Positions 1-14,428 of a DNA stretch of 64,000 bases are shown here, in pieces (the stretch's first letter is position 1; each line of letters begins with the position of its first letter). Source of the stretch: Mobula hypostoma (lineage: Eukaryota). The notes below the pieces were generated by a model. That model did no database searches. It was not told the DNA's origin and worked only from the letters and a program-made list of their open reading frames with translations. Made by a program: the position numbers and the translations under genes. The DNA lies in the NCBI RefSeq assembly GCF_963921235.1, contig NC_086118.1:18106001-18170000 (forward strand), given 5' to 3'.

Positions 1-1492
1 TCTGACACCTGACCAGGTTCATTACCCAGTTCCAGACCAAGTACAGCCTCTCCTCTTGTAGGCTTATCTACATACTGTGTCAGGAAACCTTCCTGAACAC
101 ACCTAACAAACTCCACCCCATCTAAACCCCTTGCTCTTAGGAGATGCCAATCAATATTGGGGAAATTAAATTCCCCCATCGTGACAGCCCTGTTATTACT
201 GCACCATTCAGAATCTGTCTCCCTATATGCTCCTTGATGTTCCTGCTACTATTGGGTGGTCTATAAAAAGCATGCAGTAGAGTTATTAATCCCTTCCACC
301 CACAGGCACTCAGTAGACAATCCCTCCATGACTTCCTCCTTTTCTGCAGCTGTGACACTATCTCTGATCAGCAGTACCACACCCCCCACCTCTTTTGCCT
401 CCCTCTCTGTCCTTTCTGAAACATCTAAAGCCTGGCACTTGAAGTAACCATTCCTACCCTTGAACCATCCAAGTCTCTGTAATGGCTCCAACATCATAGC
501 TCCAAGTACTGATCCATGATCTAAGCTCACCTGCTTTGTTCATGATGCTTCTTGCATTAAAATAGACACATTTCAAACCATCAGTCTGAGCACATCTCTT
601 CTCTATCACCTGCTTATCCTCCCTCTCACACTGCCCACAAGCTTTCTCTATTTGGGAGCCAAACACCTCTTCCTCCATATCTTCAGTTTGGTTCCCACCC
701 CCCAGCAATTTTAGTTTAAACTCTCCCCAGTAGCCTTAGCGAACCTCCCTACCAGGATATATTTCCCCTTCGGATTCAAGTGCAACCTGTTCTTTTTGTA
801 CAGGTCATGCCTGCCCCAGAAGATGTCCCAATAATCCAGAGATCTGAATCCTTGCCCCCTGCTGAAATCCCTCAGCTGCGCATTTATCCTCCACCTCACT
901 CTATTCCTATACTCACTGTCATGTGGCACAGGCAGTAATCTCGAGATTGCTACCTTTGAGGTCCTGCTTCTCAGCTGCCTTCCTGACTCCCTGTAGTCTG
1001 TTTTCAGAACCTCCTCCCTTTTCCTACATATGTCATTGGTGCCAATATGCACCACGACCTCTGGCTGTTCATCTTTCCATTTCAGGACGTGATAGACGTG
1101 ATCAGAAACATCCTGGACCCTGGCACCTGGGAGGCAAACTACCATCCGTGCTTCTTTCCTGCATCCATTGAATTATCTGTCTGACCCCTAACTTATAGAG
1201 TCCCCTATCACTGCTGCCATCCTCTTCCTTTCCCTACCTTTCTAAGACACAGGGCCAGACTCTGTGCCAGAGGCGCGGCCACTGTTGCTTCCCCCAGGTA
1301 GGTCATCACCCCCCCCCCCGACAGTACTCAAGCAGGAGTACTTATTGTTAAGGGGGACAGCCACAGGGGTACTCTCTAGTATCTGACTCTTGCCCCTTCC
1401 CTCTCCTGACTGTTATCCACTTACCTGTCTTCCGAGGACCCGGTGTGACTACTTGCCTATAGCTCTATCACCTCCTCACTTTCGCTGACCAG
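1..1492 (-). mobile_element. CR1 LINE, ORF1 (SGNH esterase-like) and start of ORF2 endonuclease; runs off the window edge
   Basis: ORF 711-1145 CLPGA..VHIGTND..LHLN; ORFs 454-708 and 261-530 YFNARS, TETW, GGVVLLIR. Same subfamily as 23466-27528. Confidence 0.88.
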
Positions 1493-1699
1493 AATACCCT
1501 CATATTTCAGTATATGAGAGTATAATTCAGATCTAAATGTTGGAATACTTGTTGTTGAGTCATTGGTATTTATGCTATTTTTCAAAGTTCATATTCTGCT
1601 GCAAATGAACATATTTTTCGGTTACTCTTGATGACATTTTACTATATCATCTTGGCCTGGATGGCCTCAAAATATTTTCCAGTCTTTTGTTTTTAAAAA

Positions 1700-2615
1700 A
1701 AGTGGTTTAATTCTAATTTAACAAGGAAGAAGATGCTATTTTCATCTCAGCAATGGAAATTATAGTTACAGTCTTGAATAGGATAAATAGAAATTCCCAG
1801 AAAGGTTAAATGCATTTAAACTGGATAAGTTATTCAATCTCGACAGGTTAAACTGAGAGAAATAAGCAAAGAAATTGCAGAAGTTTTGGTCATAATCCTC
1901 TAAACTTCAGTGAATTCAAGTGGTGCCTAAAGACTGGAACATGACAAATGTTACATTCTTGTTTAAAAACAAGTGTAGGACTAAACCCAGTCATGACAGA
2001 CCAGCAGTGTAAGTTATTGTAGTATTTAAACTGTGATCAAAAGCAGAATTGGACAGATGTAGATTAATTTGCAACAGGCAGCATTTATCTGTTAAACAAG
2101 TTGTGCTTAAATAAATTGATATAGATTTTTGATGAAGTAATTGAGTGGACTAATGAAAGAAATGAAGTTGATGTGGTGAATAAGGACTTCCAGAAATCAT
2201 TTGAAACTCATGGAATAAGATGGATGGAACATTGACTAAGTTAATGAGGGGGATCTGATGAAAGTCAGTATAATCATGAGGGATATTTACAGAGTCGATG
2301 GAAAGGAAGTGTTTCCATTGCTAAGGGGGTCAAGTCCAAGAACATATAGAATGATGCGCATAGCATAAGAACCACACCCAATATTAGGAAAACTTATTTT
2401 CTACAGTAATGTTCAGAGCCAGGAATGTGCTGCCAGGTGCAGTAAAAGAGAAGAATTCAATTGGATATTTTACAATAGAGCTGGATAAGTATTTTAAAAG
2501 AAAGAATTTTCAGGGTTTCAGGATAGTGCTAGAGTAGTTCTAGTTGGATTTCCCTTTAAGTTGAGCCATCATGGTTATGATAGATAAAATGGCTTCTTTT
2601 TCTTCTGTAACCATT
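1700..2615 (+). mobile_element. Highly decayed CR1 ORF2 and 3' remnant
   Basis: Recognisable CR1 RT nucleotide blocks (gttacattcttgtttaaaaa, gatgtggtgaataaggacttccagaaa) with no intact ORF. Confidence 0.5.
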
Positions 2616-4559
2616 TTCTGTAAATCCCTCTACAAGTTTTTGATTCTGTACTCTCTGCTATTTTTCAAAAGAAAGGTGACCATTCAGTGACTTGATAGTT
2701 TCTGATTATTTTATTCAGAAACTTTTGAAATTCTTGACTGCTAACACAGGCATCACAGAAAATATTATTTCCAAGTTTTCTTCTTTGCTCTTCTGTGCTT
2801 AATGATGGACATTGTTTTTTTTTATGGAAACGAAAAGATGATTAAATTTCAGTCTGCTGAGATCATTTGTTATATATACCATTTAGTTCATATTATTATT
2901 TCCAGTAAACATTTGCCACTAATATTAAAATTAGCTCACCTCCTATGATCTTTCCGGTAAGTGGCTCTTTTGGAAACAATCTGCATTGTAACATGATACA
3001 TTGGAACTGCAATCCTAGTCTAAATTCCCTAAAGGGAAAATATAATTTCCAGTGAAACATTGAAATCTAAGCAATTTATCACTGAGCCCAGTTCAGCAAA
3101 AGAAATAATCTCCCCTTCTCTCTAGTTGGTTTTCAGATGCTGCCTTAACAACAGAACACTTGGATCTTGTACTACCATAGATTTACTCTGTATTTGCTTC
3201 ATACAGTTTTTATTTCACTGTCTTGTAAGGTTTATGTATAATTAATATTTTGTTGCTTGAACTCTGTGCCTGTGATGCTGCTGTGAGCAGGTTTTTGATT
3301 GTCCCTGTACTTTACCAGACTTACGCATGCCAATAAATTTAACTTGACTTGATAATAATTTGCACAGCTAGAAGTAAGCGATCATAGGTCTCTGGATCTG
3401 TGCAGCCATCTTATTATTCTGTATTGGCTTACATCCTTTTGGTTTAAACAACTAGCTTGCCAAGATCATTTGCTTAGATTTCAGATAATTTAGTTGTCCC
3501 AAGTTTAGCCACTATGAAGTTGTTACCATATTACTGATAGAGGCATTATCAAAACAGGATGGCCTCATCACCAAAGCTTAATCATCTCCTGACACTGACA
3601 GACACAGCAACACCTTAACCTTCGCAGAAGGCTAAAGAAATTCAACCAGTCCCCAGTGACTCAAAGATTCAAAGTAAAATTTATTATCAAAGTATGCATG
3701 CAGTATAGGTTCCTGAGATTTGTCTCCCCCACAGACAGCCATGGAAAAAAAGAAAACCATGGCAACATAGTTTTCAAAGAAAAATATCAAACCCCCCCCC
3801 CACGCACAAAAAAACCACAAATTGCGCATATGGCAACAGAAAAAGAGTAAAAAACACAGAATATAAAACAGAAAATCAAAAGAATCCAGACATATTCAAT
3901 TCAATTCAGTGTTCATTATCTGCAGGCTGCCCCAATTCAAAGTCACCCAAAATAGTAATAAAAAAAGGAGCAGTCTGAAACCAGAAACATATCATAACAT
4001 GAACTACAGAATACAATCCGCAAAATTGCGTCAATTAAACCTTGCCCAATACCCAGGGCTCCAGTACCATCCTCCAACAACATCATGGGAGAGAGCAACC
4101 ATTCGAATGCAGGGACTTTTCTCCAGGGGCAGTGAGCTGGAGAGACAAAGAGAGACCATCACACACAGACAGCTTCCACTAGCAGCAGCAAGTGAGAGGC
4201 TGCTAGATGGCACTGAACACCCGCTCGCCTTCCGCACTCACCTCGATGTTTTTAGTCTTCTTCGTCATTTTAATCAGCGAGATTGGAGTCGATCGTGGGC
4301 TCAAAACAATCTTCAGGCTTCTTGGCCTCAAGCCGCACACCTCACAGAAATCCCTCGGAAACAGCAAAGTGCCAGATCACTCACACATCAAACTGGAGAT
4401 CATAGGCTCCAACAGTACCACATTTGAAAGAAAAAGAAGACGTGAAAGAAGTAGTTTCGTAAGACGTCTGGAGGATGTCGCCCTTGGTTACATTGTTTGC
4501 TGGGAGCTCTTGACAATTTTTATATTTGCATGAGAGAGCACATCTTATCCAGGTTCATC

Positions 4560-5045
4560 AAAAGTTGCAATGAAAACTGTTCTGTCCAAGAGCAGAAGTT
4601 GGGAATGCAGTGCAGTGCGTCATGCTAACTAAACTCACCTCCATTGACTCAGTCTCCATGCTGCTGCATGGTAAAGCAGATAACATGATCAAAGACCCCT
4701 CGCAGCCTGGTGACTCTCCCTTCACCCCTCTCCTGAAGGACGGAAGATATAAAAGCCAGAGAGCATGTACCACCAGACTCAAGTTCAGCTTTCTTCCAAA
4801 CACTGTTATCAGACTCCTGAATAGATCCCTAAAAGATGAACTCTCGGATGACTGATCTCTCAACCTACCTTATTGTGGCCCTTGTGCTTCACTTTTACTG
4901 GACATTTTCTGTAACTGTAACATCATGTTCTGATTTCTGTCTACCTTTTATCACCTCAATGTAGGGCATGAATCTTCTGGATGGCAAGCAAAACAAAAGC
5001 TTTACACTGTATCTTGGTACACATGACAATAATAAACCAATTTTC
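4560..5045 (+). mobile_element. Rex1/Babar-type LINE 3' fragment
   Basis: ORF 4610-4855 IKDPSQPG..GRYKS..TTRLKFSF..IRLLN is the typical C-terminus, followed by an AATAAA-containing tail. Confidence 0.65.
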
Positions 5046-5213
5046 AATATTCAGGATTGTTCACATACAACATGAATTCAAGTTTCAGATAGAAGCTATC
5101 TCTGATAGACTTCAGAAAGGACTATTTTAATGTCTTCTGTGTTACCCAAGGCACTATTAAAGTTGGCACCAGACTTGACCATATCACAGAGAAACCACTT
5201 TTACCCTAGAGAA

Positions 5214-5294
5214 CAGGGTTTCTCAACCTGGCGTCCATGGATCCCTTGGTTAATGGTAGGGATCCATGGCATAAAAAAAGGTTTGGAACCCCTG
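5214..5294. mobile_element. 81-bp palindromic hAT (Charlie/Buster-type) MITE
   Basis: Ends CAGGGTTTCTCAACCT and AGGTTTGGAACCCCTG; internal perfect inverted repeat CCATGGATCCC...GGGATCCATGG; no clear 8-bp TSD. Confidence 0.7.
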
Positions 5295-7730
5295 TGATAG
5301 AGGCTTCGGTGAGGAGAAGTTGAGGCTGCAGGTAGATTTTTTTCCATTTAATATTTCTTCCTTTCTTATTGCACAGTTGGGCAGTGGAGATGCCAGGCAA
5401 GATAATGGACTGCTCCTCTTTCAGGATGTGGGAAAGCAGGGAAACGTCCAGTGTCCTTGATACTACATCTGCAATTGCATCAGATGCAGCTTCCTCAGAC
5501 CTTGTTAAGGAATTGGAGCTGGAATTAGATGATTTCTGGATCAATCGGGAGGCTGGGGGTTGATTAACAGGACATGCAGGGATATAGCTATGCACAAGAT
5601 GCAGGACACAGGTAATAACTGGGTGTCCAACCGGAGAGGGAAAGTTCCCCTCAAAAACAGTTACATCGCTTTGGATAATGTTGGGTAGAATGACTTAGCA
5701 GAAAAAAGCCACAGTGGTCAGGTCTCTGGCACCGAGTCTAGCTCTGTGGCTCAGAAGGGGAGTGGGGAGAAGTGGAGTGCTGTAGTGACAGGGGATTCCA
5801 TAGTTAGAGGGGAAGATTGGAGATTCTGTGGACGTAAAAGATACAGCCAGATGGTATGTTGCCTCCCAGGTGCCAGCGTCAGAAATATCTTGATTTGGGT
5901 CCACAGTATTCTAAAGTGGGAGGCTGTGCAGCTGGAAATTGTGGTACATATTGTTGCCAACCACATGCAGTAGGTAGGAAAAGGGAGAAGGTCCTGAAGA
6001 GAGAATACAGGGATTTAGGTACAAAACTGAAAGGCAGGACTTCCAAGGTAGTAATCTCTGGAGTTCTGCCTCTGTCATACACCAGTGAGGGTAAGAATAG
6101 GATGATTTGGCAGATGAATGCGTGGCCTTCTGGATCACTGGGATCCCTTTCAGGGAGGATATGACTTGCACAAAGAGGGCAGCTTAAACATGGGAATCTG
6201 AGTGATAGGTTTGTGGATGGGGCAGGTGGTATATGTGGCAGTTGTGGATGCAGTGGATAGTGAGACGGTGAGGAAGGACTGGCAGATGATGGCAAGTTTG
6301 CTGTCAATTGGAGGTATTGAAGTGGAACACGGGAGCAAAATCAAAAAGGGTGATGTATACAGGACTGAACGTGTTATATTTGAATGAACATAGTATACAG
6401 AATAAGAAGATGATCTTGAAGCCCAGTTAAAAATCAGCAGGTATGACATTGTGAGCATCACTGAGTCAGGGCTTAAAGAAGATCATAGTTGGGAGCTTAA
6501 CATCCAAGATGCACCTTGTATCAAAAAGACAGGCTGGTTGGGAGAGGGGCTGGGGTGGCTCTGTTGGTAAGCATGAAATCAAATCCTTAGAAAGCAGTGA
6601 CATAGGATTGGAAGATGTAGAATCCTTGTGGGTAACGTTAAGAAGCTGCAAAGGTAAAAGTTCCCTGATGGGAGTTATATACGGTCCTCCAAACAGTAGC
6701 CAGGACATGAGGTACAAATTACAATAGGAGATAGAAAAGGCATGTAAAATAGGAAATGGTAATTTCGATGTGCAGGTAGATTGGAAAACTCAGGCTGGTG
6801 CTGGATCTCAAAAGATGGAATTTGTAGAATGCTATGAGATGGCTTTTTAGAGCAACTTGTGGTTGAGCCCACTAGGGGAAAGGCAATTCTGGACTGTTTG
6901 TTGTGTTATGAACTAGGTTTGATTAGGGAGCTTAAGATGAAGCGACCCTTAGGAGGCAGTGATCATAATATGATAGAATTCACCCTGTAGTTTGAGAGGG
7001 AGAAGATAAAGTCAGATGTATTATTATTACAGCGGAGTTAAGAGAATTACAGAGGCATGAGAAAGGAGCTGGCCAATGTTGACAGGCATTCACGGATGAC
7101 GGCAATGGATGATAGGCAATCCTGGATGATGGCAGAACAATAATGGCTTAGAGTTTCAGAGAGCAATTCAGATGGCACGTCAGATACATCCAAGACAGAT
7201 GAATAAGTATTCTAATGGGATGATGACTCAACTGTGGCTGACAAGGGAAGTCAAAGGCAGCATAAGAGCAAAAGAAAGGGCATATTATTTATGAAAAAAA
7301 TTAGTGTAAATTTAGAGGATTGGGAAGCTTTAAAAAGCAACTGAAGACAACTAAAGATGCCACAAGGAGAGAAAAGATGAAATGTAAAGCTAAGCAGGCC
7401 AATAATATAAAAGAGGATTTCAATAGGTTTTTTATATATATATAAAATGAACGAGAGGTAGATTGGATATTGGAGTGCTGGAAAATGATGTTGGAGAGCC
7501 TGTGATGGAAATGGCAGACAAACTGAATAAGTATTTTGCATCAGTCATCACTGTGGAAGACACTAGCAGTATGCCAGAAATTCAGAGTGTCAAGGGGCAG
7601 AAGTGAATGTAGTTTGCTAAAGTAAATGCGCTTGGGAAACTGAAAGGTAGACAAGTTACCTGGACCAGAAGGACTACACAGCAGGGTTCTGAAAGAGGTA
7701 GCTGAAGAGATTTTGTGGAGGAATTAGTAA
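5290..7730 (+). mobile_element. Decayed CR1 LINE (5' region, ORF1, endonuclease, start of RT)
   Basis: GDSIVRG..CCLPGA (5746-5973); ESLWVTLR..MGVIYGPPNS (6509-6727); many stops and frameshifts. Confidence 0.8.
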
Positions 7731-7839
7731 ATATTTAATTTAATATATTTATTTATTGAGATACAGTGTGGAATAAGCTCTTCTGTCCTTTCAAGCCACC
7801 CAGTAATCGCCCAACTACTTGATTTACTCAAAATTACTC

Positions 7840-9390
7840 AAAATCAGAGATCTTGACACCCAGGAAATTGAAGCTGCTCACTCTCTCCACCTGATCCCTC
7901 TATGAGGATTGGTATGTGTTCCTTCGTCTTACCCTTCCTGAAGTCCACAATCAGCTCTTTTGTCTTACTGATGTTGGGTGCCCGGTTGTTGCTGCGACAT
8001 CACTCCACTAGTTGGCATATCTCACTCCTGTACACCCTCTTGTCACCACCTGAGATTCTATGAACATTGGTTGTATCACTAGCAAATTTATAGATGGTAT
8101 TTGAGCAATGCCTAACCACATAGTCGTGGGTATATAGAGTAGAGCAGCGGGGTAAGCACACACCCCTGAGCTGCACCAATGTTGATCGTCAGCAAGGAGA
8201 TGTTATCACCAATCCACACGGATTGTGTTCTTCCAGTTAGGAAGTCGAAGATCCAATTGCAGAGGGAAGTACAGAGGCCCAGGTTCTGTAACTTCGCAAT
8301 CAGGATTGTGGGAATGATGGTGTTAAATGCTGAGCTATAGTCGATGAATGGCATCCTGACATAGATGTTTGTGTTGTCCACGTGGTCTAAAGCCATGTGA
8401 AGAGCCATTGAGACTGCATCTGCCATTGACCTATTGTGGCGATAGGCAAATTGCAATGGGTCTAGGTCTTTGCTGAGGCAGGAGTTCGAACTAGTCATGA
8501 CCAACCTTTCAGAGCATTTCATCACTGTAGATGTGAGTACTACTGGGTGATAATCATCAAGGCAGCTCACATTATTCTTCTTAGGCACTGGTATAATTGT
8601 TGCCTTTTTGAAGCAAGTGGGAACTTCTGCCCATAGCAGTGAGACATTGAAAAGGTCCTTGAATACTCCTGTCAGTCATTTGACACAGGTTTTCAGAAGC
8701 TGACCAGACACTCCATCGGGACCTTATGCCTTGAGAGGGTTCAATTTCTTTAAAGACAGCCTAACATCGGCTTCTGAGACAGAGATCACAGGCCATAAGG
8801 TGCAGCAGGGATCTTCACAGCTATAGTTATATTCTCCCTTTCAAAGTAACCATAGAAGGCGTTGAATTCATCAGGTCATGAAGCATCGCTGCCATTCATG
8901 CTCTTGGGTTTCGCTTTATAGGAAGCAATGTCTTGCAAACTCTGCCAGAGTTGTTGTCCATCCGATGTCGCCTCCAAACTCATTTGAAATTATCTCTTCG
9001 CCCTTGAAATAGCCCTCTGCAAATCATACCTGGTTTTCTGGTACAGGCCTGGTTTGCCAGACTTGAATACCACAGATCTAGCCTTCAGCAGACGACGTAC
9101 CTGCTAGTTCATCCACGGCTTTTGGTTTGGGAATGTACAGTAAGTCTTTGTAGGCACGCACTCATCCACACAGATTTAACGAGGTCAGTAACAACTGCAG
9201 CATACTCATCCAGGTTTGAAGATGAATCCCTGAATACAGTCCGGTTCACCAATTCGAAGCAGTCCTGTAGGCACTGCAGTGCTTCCCTTGTCCATCCCTT
9301 CTTGTTGCTGCAGTCTTCAGTCTTTGCCGATACTGAGGGAGTAGAAGTACAGCCAGGTGATCAGACTTCCTGAAGTGAGGGCATAAAATA
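7840..9390 (-). mobile_element. Rex1/Babar-type LINE RT fragment
   Basis: ORF 8112-8588 [40 protein letters not shown]. Confidence 0.8.
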
Positions 9391-10229
9391 GGACACCCTC
9401 ATTCATCATTCATCAGTGAGTCAAGAGTTATGGGGAGAAGGCAGAATAGCAGGGTTGAGAGAGAGAATAAATCAGCCATGATGAAATGGAGGAGGATGCT
9501 TCATATTCTGAATGGCCTAATACTGCTGCTATATGTTATGGTCTTACAGCCACTGAATAATATCTGGGACCACCTGCTGAAGGATTGCATCCTCAGCAAA
9601 GTATATGTTCTCTAAATGGGTAAGTGACTGAAATGAAAGTCATAGGCAGAGGGTGAAAATGATAGCTTTCAGTTTGCAACTATAGATTTAATAGGGTCAT
9701 TGAGTTCACAGATGATGTGAGAGACAGGGAGAGAAGTGTGCACCTGATTAGTCAGGGCATATACAGGCGTACTAACATTCACTTCCAAGTTATATGAAAG
9801 ACAATTCATCAGACTGTAACCCCTCAAGAATCAAGTCTCAAAAGCAATTCTTGATATATTGGATGAGCCAGTAATTCTCGGCAATTCCTCTGTGACACAC
9901 AGCTTAATGAGTTGGGGAAAAGGAAAGGATTGTTTCATTATTGCTTTGGGTTCCCTTATATTTTCTTGCATTTCAAATATCCAATGATCAAATAGATAGC
10001 AAAGAGAGAGGAATAATTAAAAAAAAGAGAAATGGGTTGGGAGAGAGATGAATTAATGATATGTCCAAACATCCAGCAAATGTTATGGATAAATGCATTT
10101 TGTTGTAGGGGATCATCACAGCACAAAAACAAGCATCAGGTAATTTACTTGTGACTGAAAACCTTTCAGAGTTCATTCTAAAATGGTAATCTGACTTAGA
10201 AATCTGATGTAAAAATTCACCTTCAGTCT

Positions 10230-11205
10230 CTTTGTCCAATCTTAATCTGCTCACACATGACTGCATGGCTAAAGACTCAAGTAATCACGTTGATCACTGC
10301 TGAGCCAACAGTGGTGGGGCTCATTACCAACCACAATCAGACAGCCTACAGATAGGAGGTGGAAGAGAGGCAGAGTGTCAATCAACTAACCTCTTCATGG
10401 GCAACAAGGCAAAGGAGATGATTATATGGTCAGGAGAACTTGAACCACTCAACCCCCCCCCCTCACTTTACATCGGTGGCACAGCAGTGGAAATTGTAAG
10501 CAGTTTCACACTACTGGGAGTGCACATCTCACACAATCTCTCGTGGTCCCAGAACATATTCTTCATAGTCAGGAAAGCACACTTGTGCCTCTACTTTTTG
10601 AGGAGGCTAAAGAGAGTTGGATTATGCACATCTATGCTGACGTCATTTTACACATGTCAGTCGAGAGCATCCTGACAAACTACAACACCGCTTGGTATGG
10701 AAACTGCACTGGGTGTAAGAAGGCACTTCAACAGGTAGTCAAAACTGTCCAATGCCTTACTAGCATCAGCCTACCCACCTTAAGGAACATACATATAGAA
10801 AGATGCTGGCAAAGGTCCAGTAACATCATGAAAGATCCCACACAGCCTGCTCAGGGACTGTTTGCACCACTCCCATCAGGGAGACAGCTACGTACCATCC
10901 ACACTAGGACCACCAGACTCAAAAACAGCTACTACCCCAAGCAGTAAGGCTGATCAACAGCTCCAATGATGAACCCACTGGTTGATACCCTTAGCCATCA
11001 CTACTTTATTATTTCCTGTCAGACACTTTATGTACAGACACTCCTGTGCCTAGCATTACTTTATGGACATGCAATCAATGTATAGAAGCTGTCTTATGTA
11101 CTTATATTTATTATGTATTTTATTGTTATTATTGTGTTCTTTATCTTTTGTTTTTTTTTTATGTTGCATCGGATCTGGAGTAACAATTATTTTGTTCTCC
11201 TTTAC
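10230..11205 (+). mobile_element. Rex1/Babar-type LINE 3' part
   Basis: ORFs 10397-10675 and 10543-10947 (LGVHISHNLSW, ESILT..AWYGNC, KDPTQP..LPSGR..TTRLKNSYYP) with a ttgaatc-type tail. Confidence 0.8.
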
Positions 11206-11410
11206 CCTTGCGTACAGGAAATGACATTAAATTATCTTGAATCATATTGTGAGATTGAGTCCATTTGATTATACTGGGGAACCATTCAATTGTTTTATGA
11301 CAGTGGGTAGAAACTGTCCTTGATCCTGGTAGTATGTGCTTACAAGCTTCTGTACCTTGTGCCCCATGGAACAGGGGAGAAGAAAGAATATCCAGTGTGG
11401 ATGGATATTC

Positions 11411-12212
11411 TTTCTGGCAAACTCCAGCTGAGATTTCATGTAAGTTTGTTTTTCAACAGTGGCTTTTTCTTTGCCACTCTCCCATAAAACTGTGACTGGT
11501 GAAGCACCCGGGCATCAGTTGTTGTATGCAAAGTCTTTCCCATCTCAGCCACCGAAGCTTGTAACTCCTCCAGTTGTCATAGGTCTCTTGGTGGCCTTCT
11601 TCATAGTCCCCTTCTTGCATGGTCACTCAGTTTTTGAGGATGGCCTGCTATAGGCAGATTTACAGCTGTGCCATGTTCTTTCCATTTCTTGATGATTGAC
11701 TTTATGATATCCTAAGGGATATTCAATAACTTAGAAATGTTCTTGTATCCATCTCCTGAGTTGTGCTTTTCAATAATCTTTTTGCAGAGTTGCTTCGAGT
11801 GTTCTTTTGTCTTCATGGTGTAGTTTTTGCCAGGATACTGTCTCGGCAGCAGGTGGACTTTCCAGATACAGGTGTAGTTTTACTACAGTCAACCTTGATT
11901 GCACACAGGTCTCCAAAAAGCAGATCTCTATTTACCTAAATATGTGACTTCTGAAACAAACTGGCTGCACCAGTGATGATTTGATATATCATATTAAAGG
12001 TGGGTGGGAGTGGTAAATATTTATGCAATCAATTATTTTGTGTTTTACACTTGTAATTAATTTAGATCACTTTGCAGAGATCTGTTTTCACTTTGACACG
12101 AAAGAGTCTCTTCCTGTTGATCAGTGCCAAAAAAGCCAAATTAAATCCACTGTGATTCATTGATGTAAAACAATAAACCATGAAAACTTACAAAGGGGAG
12201 TGATTATTTTTA
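11411..12212 (-). mobile_element. Tc1-like transposon, truncated (transposase 5' end plus one inverted repeat)
   Basis: Colinear high similarity to 28550-29310 of the full Tc1 copy in this window. Confidence 0.8.
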
Positions 12213-14200
12213 ATAAATAGTCCTCTAACCCTCAAGACAGGCCATCTTCTTCAGCCTCCAGCCTCCAGCAGAGTAGTGGATTCACAGATATTGGGCCTTT
12301 AACTTTCCCGGTGGGCTCCCAGAGATTTGCTAGCTCAGATCTCCAGCCATTGGTCCTCAATTTCTGGCCTTCCAATTGAACTGCGGGCTTCAATTTGGAC
12401 TTTTGATCAATCTTCGTTATCATCCCAGGACTCATCAATGACAATGTATGAGGTACCTGGATGAGGAACTGAACTTCAGGCTTTGAGATTTGCAGTTTGA
12501 TTTCCCATGTGGTAGCAATGCCATAGAGAACCATTGCATGTCTACCCTCATTTGTTCAGTGTGTCTTTAACTTTTACGTTTGTAAGCTGTAATATGGAAG
12601 TTTGAAATGCATCAGAGGCCAGGTGCCAGTGCACTACTAGATTCAATGCTGATTCCATTGATGGTTCTGGACTGCCCTGTGCTGAAGGACGAGATGCACT
12701 CCATATATGGTCTCTCTGCTTTATAACAGCATGGCTAATGTATAAGTAATGACACAATTTATTTAAAAGGCGTCTCTGACTTTCATTCAGCAGATAATTT
12801 ATTTATATTGCTTTGCCTCATTTCATATTTATGCTTCAATTAGTTTATTATAATATACTTTAAATACATTTAATGTTTCTATTTCAATTATTATTTAAAA
12901 TAATTTTAACTGTTTAAATCCATTCATACAGATTTTAAATGCCTCTGAAAAATAGATTAGATACAGATGAGCTATCAAAGGCTAAGAACTATGCTGGAGA
13001 CACAAGGAAAGCTTCTTGTTCTGTTGCGTGAGACTTGGTCACCCATTGTAGTTGCTCTGCCACACAGAATGGTCCAGGAGCAGAAGTCTCCAGTGCAGTA
13101 GATACTATGAATGCTGTGTTCCATAGGATTAGATGCAGGCTATGTTGAGCATGATCAAGCTCAATGAGAAATTCAGCATTTATGAAAGTAATTACCAAAT
13201 TTGAATGAAATGTCTCTTAGTCGGCAACAAGAAGTAAGGGTGGAAAGAGTAGTGATTTCAACCATCATTTTCCAATCCTTCCTGACTAGAAGATTAGGAA
13301 ACTTGCAACATTCCACCTTTGTTTAAAAGGATGTAGAGGGGGAGAATTTATAAAATAAGTAATTACAAGTCAGTAAGACCAAAATCAATATTAGGCAGAT
13401 TGCTGGGAAAGAACTTTAAGTGAAGATCTAAGTTATTATTTAGGAAGGTACTGTTTTATCAACAACAATCAGCTATGATAAAGTTTGCATAGGTGTTGAA
13501 AAACTTTTGACAAACTCTCACAAAGTAAAAGTTCATAGGATTCAACAGAAATGGACAACATAGTCCTGAAATTGGCTCAGTGTCATAAAGCAACAGATAA
13601 TAGTTATGACTTGAAGTGGTTTGCATGTGGTCACTTGACTTTTGTTTCACACCAATTATTCAGGCAAGTAAAGAAATATATATTAGAAAGTTTATGGACA
13701 GTACAGAAACTTGACAATATGGTTGGCGGAAAGAAAGCAGGAGTCTCAGGATGATATTAATGTTTTGGGCCATAAGTGACAAATGGAATTGATTCAAGGG
13801 AAGCATGTTGAGACAAAGCATTTCAGAAACATCTACATGATAAGTAAATACAGAGCGAATAATCATATAAGGACAAATGTAGAGAACAGAAGGCTGGTTC
13901 AGGTGGAAACAGACATTTTTTCTGGGGAGTTTGATGTTTTCCTTTGAACAGGTTGGTTCCGTCGTTCTTGCTTGTTTTGTAACTGTCTGTGGAGGAAAAC
14001 AAATTTCAGGGTTTTGCACTGCTTGCAACTGTAATAATAAATATACTTTGAATCTTTGAATTATTAAATAATTACCAGATGAACTTGTGGTATGCCATAA
14101 CCCCTATTTTCCTGGTGGCTTTATTTTAATTAACTGTTAGAGACTATGTAAATGTGAGCTTTCAATTGACACTGGCTGCTTCAATGATTTTCCCTTGCAG

Positions 14201-14428
14201 AATATCCATCTAGTTGCAAAGTGGCTCAACAGCCTGGAGAAGAAAATGGAGCAACACAGTGAGAACAGCCATGAAAACTTCCGTGTCTTTATTAGTGCTG
14301 AGCCCGCCCCCTCACCTGATGGCCACATTATCCCTCAAGGTATCTTGGAGAACTCAATCAAAATCACCAACGAGCCCCCAACAGGAATGCATGCTAACTT
14401 GCACAAGGCTTTGGACAACTTCAGTCAG
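14201..14428 (+). CDS. DNAH9: Axonemal dynein heavy chain internal exon (AAA6 region), phase 0-0, 76 codons
   Basis: ttgcag|AAT acceptor and CAG|gtaatt donor; translates [76 protein letters not shown]. From recalled sequences this is closer to DNAH9 than to DNAH17/DNAH11; the paralog call needs BLAST. Confidence 0.9.

Noticed and set aside
3909..4533. 172-aa and 108-aa ORFs
   Set aside because: No recognisable motif or splice context; they lie in a repeat-like segment whose start (about 3660) recurs near 42325.
1..14200. Expected upstream dynein exon (..SLGQGQ..GHWVILQ)
   Set aside because: Not found by eye; probably lies left of the window.
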